A stretch of 64,000 nucleotides of DNA from Lates japonicus (lineage: Eukaryota), in contig BRZM01000010.1 in NCBI GenBank assembly GCA_033238685.1, forward strand, positions 3,760,405 through 3,824,404, written 5' to 3'. Positions 1-14,100 of this stretch are shown here, in pieces; positions within the stretch are counted from its first letter, which is position 1; each line of letters begins with the position of its first letter. Under the pieces are notes generated by a model that was given only the letters and a program-made list of their open reading frames with translations, was not told the DNA's origin and did not search any database. A program made the translations under genes and the position numbers.

Positions 1-960
1 CAAAGCTGTAAAGCCCGGCTAAATACTTTATGTTTCTTGCTGGTAATGTTGTAGCATCAAGTTTCTGTCATAGAGCCACTCTGGAGCATTTGGCAGCTTT
101 AACAAGATGACTGTTATCTTTACTGGTATAAATCAAAAGTCAAGGTGGAGCTGTTTTCATACTTCAAGTGATATTGAAATGGGATGCAATTAACAATTCT
201 TTATGGAAGGTAAATCTACAGATCATGTCAAATGTCAGATATCAGTGAAAAATTATGACTTAACACCGACAAAGGACATTGTTCTGCAGAATGAGCACCT
301 TTACTTCTGATACTTGAGAACATTTTGTTGAGAATACGTCTGTACTAGTACTTAAATAGCTTCTTGAATGCAGGACGTTTATTCGTAATGGAGTATTTTT
401 ACATTGTTGATTTGATGTTTGCACTTCAGTAAAGTGAGTGCTTGTTCCACCACTGCTAGTAGAGCCATGTTGCGTTCACTGCAACACGTTAACAGTGAGT
501 AAACACCATTAACTGCACCAACAAGGTATTTACCAGGTACAAACAGTACACAAAGGCGAGCGCAGAAAGGCTGAGATACCCATCAAGAATTTGTTACCAA
601 CAAACTGTATCCAACTGCCATTAAATAAATTCAAGGGCAAATACATAATGTGTAAAAGCCGCTCGGTGGATCTGGATCACAGCTACGTTTGCAGACACTG
701 TCAACATATGGCGCTGGATTACAAAGCCACCTGCAACTTTTTAGTTTTTCTTTAGGCGATAATGACGATAATTTGTCGATATTTGGGACCCAGGACAGAG
801 GTCCCACTAAGCACATAAGCTAACCACACAGAGAGGGCGAGAGAGACAGAGAGAGAGAAGGGGGTCCCGGTGCCAAAGCGGTGCCGTTTTTAAACCGGAA
901 CAAACCGCACTAAAGTCAGTAACATGTAAATGAATGTAAAGACGTAATGTCATCACTTAC

Positions 961-1024
961 TGTCCAATAATTCGTCCAGTTCTGCGTCGTGTCCAGCGGA
1001 CGACTCTCCTGTTCCTGACGCCAT
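961..1024 (-). CDS. Orphan first coding exon of an unidentified minus-strand gene (MASGTGESSAGHDAELDELLD...); the gene body continues beyond the window start
   Basis: ATG at 1024-1022 in a GC-rich context (gacgccATGa). The ORF ends at a GTAAGTG donor (GGACA|GTAAGTG) at 961. An upstream CpG-rich segment 1025-1140 is plausibly a promoter or 5'UTR. Confidence 0.3.
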
Positions 1025-1858
1025 GATGCTACCTTCACCGAACACCCACCGAGCAACACCGTCTCCGAAAATTGACGAAAAACGTCGCGGAAATTAGATC
1101 GTCATAGCTACGAATGACTTTAAAACTGGCGCCATCTGGTGGCAGCAGTGAGAAATACACAGAAAAAACCCCCAAAACAAACCGTAAAATAACATTTGTC
1201 CAGCTGCTGATATCTTAATTTTGACATCTTGATAACACTTAACTTTATCGTGCTACTTAGCATTTATAACTAATATATACGCATTTAATAAAAGACAGAT
1301 TTAGAGTGATTTAAGGTAAAATGGGACAGTTATTGCCAAGTCTCTCTTCAGATTTTAATTATTACATTCTATCTTTTTTTCATTCAAATAAGTCCTCATT
1401 AACTCTTTTGTGTAATTTTCTGTTTAGGTGGGACAGCTCTGTTGGTAAAGTGGGACACTTTGTTTAGCATTAAAACCTACTTACTTAACTGTGCATGTGA
1501 GCAAACAATCCATATTTATTCAGACATTTCTGTTTGAGAAGTCTGAAAGCCTTAATAATGTGGATTTGGACAATACACCTTCTCGTCTTGTTCTCTCACA
1601 GCTTGTGTTACTGTCTGTCATGCACAGACATCTTACATTTCCTTGGTGCCTCTTCTCTTCTGTTTCACTTCTCTTTTCTTCTGTCTCCCTGGCAGCGTAA
1701 ATGTTATTTCATGTAGGGTAATTAATATAAAATAAGAACTACCACTGCAGCTTCATATACTTGTATAAAGTTATATATTTACTCATGTCATTATGAACAA
1801 CTAATTGACACATCATTACTTTCAGTGTTTTGATAAACTGACTCATTGCTATGAGCGT

Positions 1859-1878
1859 TTTTTTTTTTTTTTTTTTTT
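1859..1878. repeat. (T)20 homopolymer
   Basis: Read directly from the sequence. Confidence 0.9.
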
Positions 1879-3743
1879 CCCCCTCTCAACCTGAAATCCC
1901 CTGTCCCACATTAGATAACACTATCAGACTGTGTGGGAGATTGTTTTGAATCTGTTTTCCCTCAAGTCTGTTCTGTGGCCTAATCGTTTGGTATGTTTAA
2001 AGACATGAACAACTAGAGGAGTGTTTAAAAGTAGAATTTAGATTATTGTTTAATAATTGTTTTAATGTTTTAATGCCAGCCTCATCAAAACCTTTGTCAG
2101 TATACTCACCCTGAGCCTTCCTGGGTGAGGCAGTTTTAAAAGTGGCACCACAGCTGCAACATTTCACCAATCAAGACCTCTGTTTATTGTCCACATGGCA
2201 TTCAGCAATAACACAAGAGCAGTTGTTGTGACCGGCGATCAACACTCACACAGTGAACTATCCGTAAACTTAAGTGTCCCACTCAACCTGAACCCACCGT
2301 AAGTGTTTAATAACATATTTGTTGACAGCTTTAACTCTTCCTGAGGCCAGTATGGAGAGATATATAGAGACATAGTTGCAGTTTCCCTTATGTAATTAAG
2401 TACAGTAAAGTTTGTACTTCGGAAATGGATATTTGTTTTGTAATATAATATATGCAATTTGCAGTGCCTTTACTTTGACTTCGGTCCACACCAACGGTCT
2501 ACAACAGAGGGCCTAAAAAGTGGCCTAAAATAGCACAAATAGTACAAAATAGTGGCCTGTGTAATTATGTATTACACCAATAGAGGGCATTTATCCATAT
2601 CAAGGATATTCACTTGCTGCTTTTGATACTTTGAGTAAACTTTGGTTCCTGAGGGAGGGATTGATGGAAAAATTACAGATTAAAGATCTGTAATTCTAAA
2701 TGCACAAAGATGATATCAAGTTTCATGTACTACAATAAGATTTTGATGGTGGGTTTAGTGTATGGCACACTGTTGGATAACAATAAATTAATAACTTTCC
2801 TTTCAGGTAAATTGAATATTATCATATTATATTATTATATTGAATGCTTGAATACTTCCTCCACCCCTGCACTTATCTTTACCAAAGCTTTTTTTTCTAA
2901 CATCTTTTTTTTTCAAGAAAAAAAGTTCTGTTTTTCAAGAATAAAAGGCCTGTAGATGTCATTTTCATAGGGTTCTGTTATAGTGTAAAATAAAGTACAC
3001 TAGAACATCATGACAGTTTGTTTAAATAAAGTTTTTAAATAGTAAATGTGAATGATGAATAAGATGGAATAGAGCAGAATAGAATAAATCTTATTATTCT
3101 TACACACAAACACAGCCAGACATTATAGACCGCCTATAGATTGTAAATGTGGAATGAGATGTGAGCAGTTTCAGCAAATTAAAGCAATCTTGTAAGAATG
3201 TGCATGTAATGGCACATTTCTCTCTCGGTCCGTCCCCCTCCTCCTCTTAACATTCAGGAAACGCGTCGATTTACAACTCTCGGTAAATAAAGGTGGTTGT
3301 CAGGGGTTACTGCTGCGGTTGCTGAGCAACACATACAAATAATGCAAGAGAGCAGTGTTTCAGACTGTAGCGTCGATAAATATTTAGCTTATCCGACCCG
3401 TGTCGATAGTAACGCTGATGGAGAAGCGTTAAAATAAACAATGACAACATTTTCATTACTAATACTGACATAATATTATAATCGTAATACATCTCTCTTT
3501 TCATCAGCAGCCAGTCAGAAACTTCAAGATTTACATGATTTTTTCAGTCATTATGGTCTCATGAATTTGGAAAACAAATTTTTATTTTATTTTAATTTTT
3601 TAAATAACGTATAGCCTATTTCCAGGTAAACATTTCCATGAAAAAAGATAGAAATAGACGTGCAGATAACCCTATATCTCAATTAATAGGGTGTCATGCA
3701 AAAATCATCCTCACTGGAAAAATATCTTCGCATACAAGAGACA

Positions 3744-3812
3744 TATATACATCAAAACATGAATTATATACATCAAAACATGAATTATATACATCAAAAC
3801 ATGAATTTAACC
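3744..3812. repeat. Tandem repeat, ~23-bp unit (atacatcaaaacatgaattatat) x3
   Basis: Three near-identical consecutive units, read directly from the sequence. Confidence 0.85.
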
Positions 3813-4140
3813 TTGCATTTTTTGTTTTTCACTGCAAGTAACGGGTAAGGAAATAAAAATGGGTGTAAAACCAACCCCGAAGTGTAATTTTAAAGGAGGG
3901 TAATGGGTGTGTTGTAGGCAGCAGAGTCCCGCGTTGCAGGGAGGAGGTGGAGAATTCAGACAGATGTGAATAACGGTGCAGACATTTGATTCCTACTTTG
4001 GTTTGCTGGGCGGGGAGCTGCCTGATCTGCTAGTAGATCCAGTCAGGGAGCTGAGGAGGTGCAATTTCTACGCGTCTCTATCGCTGGACGTCCTGGAGAA
4101 CAGGCAGCAGGCGAGCACACAAGGTAACCAACTTTTAGAT

Positions 4141-4156
4141 TTAAAAAAAAAAAAAA
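4141..4156. repeat. (A)16 homopolymer
   Basis: Read directly from the sequence. Confidence 0.85.
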
Positions 4157-5303
4157 AACATGTAATTTGGTGGGGTTTTGCGGGAGGGGAAAGTGTTTCC
4201 TCGGCTGGAACTTGTTGCAACTTTTTTATCTACATGAATCATGGGCAAAGTGTTATATTATCACCAGCTAAGGTGCTTTTATTTTTTACGTTAGAGGGAA
4301 TTTTCACGGTTTAAAAAGAAAAAGAAGCTTTTATTCTGACATGCACACTTGGAAAGGTGCCTATATGAAAAACAAAGCTGAAACTTGGAGGAAAACTTAT
4401 AAAGGACTAACTTAACTAAGTTGCTCCGTGGTGAGTTTATAGCAACATTGTCACACACAGGATTTTCTTCTTTAGTATTTTTGTTATTTGTAACTTTCAG
4501 ACATTCAAGAATAGCATGATGTTTTCACAAGGTGATTTTCTTTACCTGAATATTTAGCAAAATGCTATGTTTGTCCATATTTATCTATGTTTTTGTGTCT
4601 GTTTGTGTTTAGTACGCTGTAGTGTGGTGTGTGTGTGGTGGAAGCTGGGTGCGGCAGGCGGCACACCCACCCTCACTGTCAATGAATGAACCTCTGCATG
4701 AACCTAAAACACAGCAGCGAAAAAACTACCCTCTACTTTCTTTTACTCTCTCTTTTTGCCTCGTGGCTGCTATGATTTAAGACACTGATTCAGATTTCTC
4801 ACTGACAAGTCCCTCATTGTTCTGCGCTTAAAACAAGCAGCTGTATCCAGAAGATGGTGGGTCAGTCTGCCTTGAAGAAAAGATGACGACCTTTAAAAAA
4901 TAATCAGAGAGATATAGTCACTCATGATGGTGTAAATACAGGGTGTTTTCCGGGCTGATAAGGACAGAATGCTGAATATTTGGGATTTCTTTTGCTTTGA
5001 AAAAAGGTTTTAAAAAAAGGTGAAAATGGTCTATTTTGCCTCAGCCTTCGACACACATGCAATGGTCTAACCTTAATAAACTAATATACTTAGATTGAGC
5101 TGTTACATATACGTACGTACACACACATTGGGTTGGTCTGCCAACAGAGCTCATCTTGTGCTTCGACCCACGGATCCTCTGTAAGTGGATTATGGGTGAA
5201 ATAGAGTTAGTGATATTGTGTCATGACAACCAAACAAGCAGCACACATGACCTCTCAGCCTGAGACAAACACTTGTTTCCTGAACATCTCTGCCTTATGA
5301 TAC

Positions 5304-5325
5304 GTGTGTGTGTGTGTGTGTGTGC
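5304..5325. repeat. (GT)n microsatellite
   Basis: cgtgtgtgtgtgtgtgtgtgtg. Confidence 0.9.
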
Positions 5326-5689
5326 AGAACACCCTCCCCTCCTGCTTGACTGTACAGAGGACCATGATGGTGTCACATCCTGTTTGCTGTCCTGTTGCAA
5401 GCCTGATGCGTGAACCTATTTCCAGCACCTCTTCCATTTGGGGAAGTGCCCCCCCGTTTGTGTGATCCTGTCGTGTTTTCCATGCTGTGCTCTGAAAAGG
5501 CACTTTTTCCACACTGAGCTCGTTTCTTTTTTTTTCCTCCTTTCCTCTGCCATTTTCCTCTCCCATTTCTTTCCTGACTTGATTCCATAAGCAGCAAAGT
5601 AATGGCGGCAGGAGTGGCAGGATTGATTTTTCCATTACGACCCTCTGTATACGTTTTATTTTGAGTGGTTTACACGAAGCATAATTGGT

Positions 5690-6000
5690 ACCCTGACTTT
5701 AAAGCTAGAGTGGGAGTATTGAGCTAGGAGGGAGAGAGGGGACAACTGATGGAAAAGAGAGGGAGTTGTCGCCCAATGAGATTGTGAGGAGGGAGAGGAG
5801 GGAGAGGAAAAGAGAGAAAAAGGAGAGAACTTGGCAAATATGACAAAGTTACCAGTTGTTCAGCAGCAGCCAGACTGCAGCACATCTGGAACACATCATT
5901 AAGTTGGAAAATGTTACAAGAAATAAGGGTGGAGGGGGGGTAAGAGAAAGAGGGAGAGAAAGGAGTGGTGAAAGAGAGGGGCCCGGTGGTGACTCACTCT
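5690..6000. repeat. Purine-rich (GA/GGA) low-complexity tract flanking the myadm-like promoter
   Basis: Long runs such as gagggagagaggggacaactgatggaaaagagagggag...gagagaaaaaggagagaa...gggtggaggggggggtaagagaaagagggagagaaagg. Confidence 0.7.
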
Positions 6001-6117
6001 TTTGCTATTCCACTCCATCACGGTGTTTAAACTATGTGTCCTTCTGCGGCCGAGGCACAGGGCTTCCCCCGTGTTCCTCCCTCCTTTTACTCCCCTCCCC
6101 TCCCTCTTGGCTTCAAG
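5990..6117 (+). other. Putative non-coding first exon / promoter region of myadm-like gene (donor cttcaag|GTAAGTC at 6117 pairs with acceptor at ~8079)
   Basis: A GC-rich, purine/pyrimidine-tract-rich segment 5.3-6.2 kb ends in a consensus GTAAGT donor. The only strong acceptor before the myadm ATG is at 8069-8079. The exon start is not determinable. Confidence 0.3.
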
Positions 6118-8204
6118 TAAGTCATCCTGCAGGATTTTAAGGGTTTCTTTTTCCATTTCTGTCTCTTTTTGCCTCCTTTTTTAAAATTTCATACCTCACC
6201 ACAGTTCAGCTTTTCCCCTCCCCAGCCTCAACTGTGTCATAGATGTTTAATAGTACTAATGTAAACAGGCCCTCTCTCCTTGTTTATAACTGTCTCTCTG
6301 TGTAAACTGGGAACATGCAGTACAGTGCCTGTGGAGCCAAGTGGGCAACGGGCGTTGGGAGGGATGGGAGGGAGGACGGCCGCTGTGGTCAGAGTGTCTA
6401 TGCACTGTAAAAATGTCTATCTTGTCTTGTTGTGAACTCTCGTGTGTGGATTTTAAAATCTTGGAATTTGAAAGCCTCCAATCCTTATCAGCTGGTTTCA
6501 AGACTTTTCAGAAATATTAAATATCAGAAAACAAACATCAGCTTTCCTCAGGATCAGTCCCTGAGAATCAAAAAGCAAGAGCTTCTTTATATAGACGCCA
6601 TTAAATCCCAACATTCAATACAAATCCACTGTAGAGGAGCAAGAGGATATCGGCTGTACCGTATTAATGACAGGCAGCATCATAAGGTCCCAGTGCAGTG
6701 CAGTGCAGCTGCGGAACGGGTTGTGGTTTGAGTAATTTGTCTCAACTGGAAATACCCTCCACTGCCTTTGCAACAGCTGATGCAACCATTTCACACTTAA
6801 TTGTTCACCTTCAGAGCCTGTTGAAAGCATGACGTCACTTGAGTCTGGCGCCGTTTTGTTGTTGCTAAGCAGTGACGAAATCCAACTTTGAGAGTATACA
6901 GCAAACCAAATCAAGCGAGCAGCAAAAAATGTTTTATCCTGATCAACACTGGTTGTGATGTGCCAGACCTCGTGATCTCAAGCCCTAGTCAAGACATATT
7001 CCCATGAAAGCTTTTAAGTGAGACTGTGCAACTTTAGAAATAAGTAATGGCACGTTCATTTGGTCACAACAGAGAGGCTGAACTCATAGGCAATAAAACA
7101 CGTCACTATTCAATTCAACAGACTCAGTGTTTTCATTGGTTTGACTAGTAGCTTATTTGGCTATTGTTAGCAAACTTAAGTTAACTTAATGTAAGATATT
7201 GCTGTGTAACTTTATAATCCTTCTCTACTGATATTCTCGATTGTGGCTATAGTGACCACTTTTCAGCAAAATATACATATTCTTCCTTTTGAACACATAC
7301 TGTATCTTCTACTGAAGCAATCATTTACAAAATTGACATTAAATGGAATGACAATAAATCAATGTACAACTTTTGTCGTAAGTGATGTGCTAACCCTAAC
7401 CCAAGCCTAATAACACAAGGTACTTTGACGCTTTTACCTTTAATTCTAACAGTTATAGTAAGAAACTGGTGGCGAAAATTGGTTTTCAGTGCCTTTAAGA
7501 TGCAGTTTTCATCAACAGAGTTCAGGATTAAAGACTAAGCTGCCTCACAGTTAAGATCTCAGATTCTTTTGCAGTGTAGATAAAGTGTCCGGGAGTGGAA
7601 CAAGTGAGGAGGGTCATGTTTAGAGCACGATGACAGACACATCGTGGGGTCGGTGGAGGTTGCGGTGCCACGCCCGTCACAGAGGACATAAGCATGAAGG
7701 AACGTCATAGTGAGACAGTCTGCACTCTGGACAGGAATGCTGTTGAGAAAACAGTCTAGAGTTTGATAGGAGGCAGAAAAACTGTGTTTACCAGATATTT
7801 TGACCAGATGTAAATGTGCTGTGACGAGTGTGACCACAGTGCAGTCATTATTTGGGGTCTGAAATTGTGTTTTCATGGTTTTACTTGTTTCAACCATTCA
7901 TAACACAATAGCAGCATTGTGTGTCTAAGAATGTGTCTACATGGTATGTAGGAGTACACAGCCTGTTTAAGGGGAATTGCAAACTGTTGCCCTCATGTGG
8001 TCGTATCTTGTACTTCATCTAAAGGTCATGAAAAATTACGTAAAAACCTAAAATCTCTTTATTGTCTTTTCTTCTTGCAGTTCTCTCTGTCTGAGTGGCT
8101 GATGGTAAAAATCTGAGGAAGGGACTTCCAAAAAAAAAACAAAGAAGAGTCACATCTCACAGGAACCTTTTTAGCTTCACTCATCACCAACTACATCTCT
8201 CATC

Positions 8205-9089
8205 ATGGCTATTGTCCTCCACTCCAGCCCTCTCCTATGGACACGGTTGGCAGCCCTGGTCTTCTCCTGTGTGGCGTTCTCCGTGGCGGTGCATGGCGCC
8301 AGGGTAAACCACGGCACCGGAGACTGGTGCATCTTCTGCTGGGCCTTCAGCTTTGCTGGGACTCTGCTCGTCATCCTGGTGGAGCTGTTTGGCCTTCAGA
8401 CCAGAGCCCCTGTCTCCTGGAAAAACTTCCCCATCACATTCGCCTGCTACGCCGCCCTGCTCTGCCTGTCCGCCTCCATCATCTTCCCCCTCTACTTCCT
8501 CAAGGGATCCTGGGGCCAGAATGAGGTTTACAACTACCGCATCGTATCAACTGTCTTCTCCTGTCTAGCCACCATCGCTTACATGAGCGAGGTGAGCATC
8601 AGCAAGGCGCGTCCCGGCGAGGTGGCTGGCTACATGGCCACAGCCCCTGGCCTGCTGAAAGTCTGCGAGACCTTTGTGGCCTGCATCATCTTTGTGTTCG
8701 TCAGCGACCCTGTGGTGTACGACCGTCACGATGCACTCAAGTATTGCATGTCTGTCTACTGCATCTGCTTCATCCTGTCGGCGGCCATCATCGTGCTCTG
8801 CATAGGCGAGTGCACCGGCTGCCTCCCCTTCCCGTTTGCCCGCTTCCTGTCCGCCTACGCCCTGCTGGCTGTGGTCCTCTATCTGTCAGCGACCATCATC
8901 TGGCCCATCTTCAACTTCGACCCCAAGCACGGTGGAACAAAACAAAGGCCGTACAACTGCACCAGCGCTCAGGGGCTGTGTGTGTGGGATAAGCTTGTGG
9001 CAGTGGCTGTGCTCACTGGTGTCAACTTCATCCTCTACCTGGCCGACCTGATCTACTCCACCCGCCTAGTGTTTGTCAGTGCTTGAGGG
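8205..9089 (+). CDS. myadm-like: Myeloid-associated differentiation marker-like protein (MYADM family, multi-MARVEL domain), single coding exon, 293 aa
   Basis: 293-aa ORF with ATG at 8205 and TGA at 9087-9089. It aligns along its full length to human MYADM, for example [21 protein letters not shown] and [27 protein letters not shown] strong acceptor (tcttcttgcag) at ~8079 upstream suggests a spliced 5'UTR. Confidence 0.85.
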
Positions 9090-9125
9090 AAGAGAAAGAG
9101 GATGTTAGGCCAGCAGTATGCTCTG

Positions 9126-9131
9126 AATAAA
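9126..9131 (+). terminator. AATAAA poly(A) signal, probable myadm-like 3' end
   Basis: AATAAA lies 37 nt after the stop codon. Confidence 0.5.
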
Positions 9132-10904
9132 ATTGAATTTGGCATGTTTTTAAAGGCTGTCAAACTGCTGTCAAATATATTGCTGTAAGCAAATGCGAGT
9201 GTACTCACTGGGTCTGTTTCTTTAATGGTGTTCACACCAGCTACAGGAGCTTGTGAGTCATGACTGGAACAGGCAGTTAAGTTATACCACAAATGGTAGA
9301 ACAAAACAGCATGAGAACAAGAAGTGACCCACAGCACTTGTATAATGGTTGAGGTCAGATGAAGGTGTATTAGAGGAAGTGAAAATGTCTTTTCAAAGAA
9401 GGTGACAAGTTCATCTAGTCAACTTGCGTCATCAAACCCATGTCTTATGCTTTTTCGGCCCCAAAACTCACTTGCAAACCTGCCAAATTTTATTTTGTGT
9501 GAAGTATACTGCCAGCCTTAGGACCTTAGAGACAGAGAAGGGGAAGAAAAGAGGAAGGGGTTGAGGTCAGTGGCTATGTTTACACGTACAACAATATTCC
9601 TTTAAATTACTGAAGCTTTCTGTTCATGTGTTGGAGCATGTAAATGTCAAACATTGCTTCCAGTGACCTGAATAGACTCTTACTTTGATTATGAAAGACC
9701 TGAATGTGATTGCTGGAACATGCTGATATTACCCAAGATATTAAAATACCTTTTTATCCATTAGAATGGCAGATCAGTGCCCATTATAATACTCAAAATA
9801 CACAATTTTTTTATGTATACAGGAATGTTTGTGATGGATATGAGTAAGCTATTAACAGAATCTCCCAAACAAGACTCTAACAAGGACACAAGCTAACACA
9901 CAAAATACTATGTGCATGTAAACATAGTCTATAATGACTCATGATGAAAAACCAAAGTAAACGGTGGCTTCTTATTGTGTTTGTTTGATTTTTTTGCATA
10001 AAGTATATGTCAATGCTCTGCCTTAAGTTTGTTTTAAATTTGATTCCAATTATAAAAAGACTGCCGAGCAGTATTTCTGTTTTAACTGCTAAAGGACAAA
10101 ACGTAGGAAGAAATTTAGTACTAGCTATACGAAGTCAAGAGAATGACATGAAATTGGAAATCAAGGACTTCAAAGAAAGTGAAATTTTTGTTTTGTTTTT
10201 CAATGGTTTCGTTAAAATGATAGATTGTTTCGGGTTCCCAGAAGTACGCAGTGCAGCTGTTCAGGTTGTATTCTTCATTAGTACTTTTACACGGCTCCAA
10301 TGTTTTAAGACTTGAAGTAGTGCAAAAATAGTTTACAAGATGTTAACATGAATGCTAGGCTAGCTTTTTGCTCCTGTTATGAGATATTTGTATCTGTATC
10401 TGCAAGCTACAATCATATGGCAAGAATATATATGTGGAAAGAACATATGCAAGATTGTGGATTTAAAAGAAAACAAGTATGGTTAAAGTGCACTTAATAT
10501 TAGTATTTTCTGTGTGTTTAAAGTCCTGGTGTCTCTAAATATCAAATCATCAATTAAAACCAAATTCACACACATTTTTGTTGATTAGGTGTATTGGTTT
10601 AGTACTGCTGTAAAAAAAAAAATTTATATACTCAGAGAAAGAGACCAAAGAAGATGATCCTCTCTCTAGATGTTGTTATATTCTCTAACTTTTTCTATAT
10701 TTCACTGTTCATGTTTCAAGTGTGCTTACCACATCAGTGTTGTAGGAAAAGATAATCCAGGATTTCAATAAAACCACATGGTAAACAGATGTTTGTGTGT
10801 GTGGTTGTATTATTTGATGCTTTAGTTTGATTAAATGTGTCATATGATGCACTTATATGAATATTCTTTTATAGTTTTTAACCACAGTAGAGGTGTGGTT
10901 CTAG

Positions 10905-11110
10905 GCATGTCATGGAAAGTAACTAAGTACATTTACCCAAGTACTCTTCTTACTCCTCTCTTACTCTTCTAACTCTATCTTATGTATGATATTGAGGTAC
11001 TTATACTTTACTTGAGTATTTCCATTTAATGCTACTTTATGCATCCACAACATTTCAGAGGGAAACATTCTACTTTTTACTCCACTACATTTATTTGACA
11101 GCTTAAATTA
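10905..11110. mobile_element. Interspersed repeat / non-autonomous DNA-transposon-like fragment (aaagtaactaagtacatttacccaagtac...ttgagtatttccatttaatgctactttatgcatccacaacatttcag)
   Basis: The family motif (taagtac / tacttgagta / gtaatggagtattttt) recurs at 370-430, 11590-11660 and 44430-45080 in this window. This is typical teleost repeat sequence, with no ORF. Confidence 0.4.
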
Positions 11111-14100
11111 CTAGTTACTTTTAAGATGTTACACAATGGATAATATAACAAACTTTTAAAATACAACACATTAGTAAAAATTAAACCAGTGGTGTACAAA
11201 GGTAGTGTGTAGTCGGGACACATGTCTGGGAGTTGCTACCACCAAATAGTTTTAGATTTTTTCTCTCCAAACTTCTCACATGGTTTTATTTCAATAAATG
11301 TTCAAATGATCTCACCATCAAAGATTAGAGAAAAAGTCCAAAAACTGAAAACAGATGTGTGAATCAGAGGTTTCCTCTCCGATTAATCAGCTCAAGACCC
11401 CTCACACCAAACTGGTTTATAACACTGTGGTTAAAATAGTTCAAACCAGCTCCACCTGCAGCAGCTACAACAGTAACATACTGCTATGTATTAATCAGCA
11501 TTAGTCATCTAATTATGTAAATAATAAATCAGACAGAGGGACCAAACCAGAAATTTTACTCTGACTGCACATTTTACTGCTAATACCTAAGTTTTATGTA
11601 GGTGGGATTTTTCGTGCAGGACTTGTAATGGAGTATTTTTGCTGTATTGGCACTCTTAGTCCATCACTTTAACATGGACTGAAATACCTCAACAACTATT
11701 GGACGGATTTTCATTTTGTCAAACACTTTGGGTTATGACCAAATATAGGCATTGACACTCCCATCACAAATGTTTGCATGCTAACATGCTAAACTAAGAG
11801 TGATCATGGTAAAGATAACCTGCTGAACATTAGTATGTTGGCACTGCCATTGTGATGTTAGCAAACTGACAATACCTTAGGTGACTTGCACTTCTACAAT
11901 AAAAAGCTAAAATGAATATAAAACATAATCAATGATTTAAAAAGACATGCACAGGCTCTAACACAGGCTAACTGTAAACCACTTTCCCATGAGATTTAAC
12001 AACAGTGATTTGAAAACTGTCTTTAATTGGTCTGTATATAAATTAATTCACATAAAAAAGAGCGAGCTGGCTGTTTGAACTAAAAGTAAACTGACTATAA
12101 TCAGCATCTGCTCAATACACACTATTAACAGTACACTCCACTGTTTACTTTATCTCTCACCACATTTTTTACTTTCCCCACCTCCGCCCTTCCCTGACAG
12201 ATTCAGACAACTCACAGGGGCCTCAGTGTGCCAGGTCTGTGACAGTCAGAATCAGAGTCCACTGTGGTTCAGATCAACTTTAAAGGTTTGACTGCTGGTG
12301 GCTACTTCAGGGGGCGGAGAGGAACACCATCAACATTTCACTCACCTATAAATCTATGGCCAGGAAAAGAGGCGTCAGTGGCGCCCAGTTCTGACACAAT
12401 GACATGTCATGGAGTTTAGTTTGTTTAAGGAAGGGTCGTACCCTCAGGCATGGGAACCTGGCTACTACAATAGCAAGTCCAGCTGCTGGCAAATTAAGGA
12501 GTTAGTGTCCCTGGAACACAAGGCAGGAACTTCATGACTCAACTTCATAACTATCCATGTGCACAGAGCGATGGAGGAAGTATTCATGTCTTTTACTTTA
12601 ATAAAAACAATAATACCACACTGTAAAATTAGTTATAAACTTTTAAGAATACCGTAATCAGGAAAATGTAAGGTATAGCTATTTGTAACTGTTTAGTATA
12701 GGACTTCAACTAATGGATCTAATCATGGATTAACCTGATGATTGCTTTTCAATTAACTTTAAAAAATCACAATTACCTAGAGCCCAAAGTGACATCTTCA
12801 TGATGCGTGATTTCTCCAACCGAAAGGCCAAACCTCACAATTAAATTGAAATTATCGAAATAACTAAAAAAGAAAGCAGCAAATCCTCAGCATCCAGCAG
12901 CTAGAACTATGACCAATAATTTCAGCTCTACTTGATTTAACTGTTTAGTAGTTTAATTTATGCAAGCTTTTCATACTTTATGTAATTTAAAAAATCTTAA
13001 TCTTATTTCTCTACAGTGGGCTATTTGTGCTCAGTTAGTCCCAGAGGAAAGCAGTCTTTGGGATTTTGATGAGGTTGAGAATTAAATTTAATTAAATTTC
13101 TCATTATCTTCAAATTCAGTTTTATATTTTCTGAAAATGTCTGTTGGAAATCCATGTTTTTGTTGAATGTAGCTTATAGATACAAGGCGTTTTAAAGACT
13201 TAATATAAACATGTGGGGGTTGCTGCTCAGCTGGTCAAGGTGACTGGGGTGCAGAGAGCTCAGCCTCAAGACATTTATTATGAAAGGGTCATCAGTAAGG
13301 CCCAAATGACTCTTAACTGTCCAGATCACGTCACCTCCTTTCTTCAGGCTGATGCTACAGGATGGTGAAGATAAAGACCCTGTGTTTTATCACTGTAGGC
13401 ACCGAAAGACTGTCACACCTGCACTTTATCTCACCAAAAATCTGATAGCAAAATGGAGGACAGTATGACTCTGAGTATAACATAATATCCTGTTTCCCAT
13501 TTTTCTTAATTCTGATCATGTGCCATGAAATGCAGATGTGCAAAATGTGATTTAAATGTCTTTTGTGGTTCATAACTTATCGTAAATGTCATCCAAAACA
13601 TGTGATATAACACCATGTATCTTTTATTTTTTATTATAAACATTATTCACATACTGCAGACCCCTGGAGAGAAAATGCTAAAGATTTGAGACTGAATCCC
13701 AGCTTTTCCCTTAAATCTCTTGTTTTTCTCTTCTCCTTCATAACATTTACTGTCTTTTATATCTCCTTGGCCACTTAAAAGTACATTTTGGCAACATTCA
13801 ATCTTGGCTGACATGAGTCTGCACTGTGCATGTTGTTTTAAACCATCTCCCATATGCTTTGCTACTGTTATATACAGCACAAAGTGCTGTGGGGAGTGGT
13901 CTTCCTTCTCTCCTCAAGTAACTAAATTAATTCTTGGCCTTCCCACTCTGACCCATAAAAAGAACAAAGAGTTTAAGTCATCAGCACTACAATAGCGTGA
14001 TACAATCTCAAATAAAAGAGGCCACAGAAAGAACTCTGCCTCAAACACAGCATCGTGTTTCCACTCTTAAAGCGGATGTGTTGTTCTTGACGCAGCCAAG

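Noticed and set aside
8237-9051. ORFs 8237..8524, 8353..8568, 8744..8992 and 8836..9051 in alternate frames inside the myadm-like CDS
   Set aside because: These are Pro/Arg/Ala-rich off-frame artefacts of a GC-rich coding exon. The 293-aa frame has clear MYADM homology.
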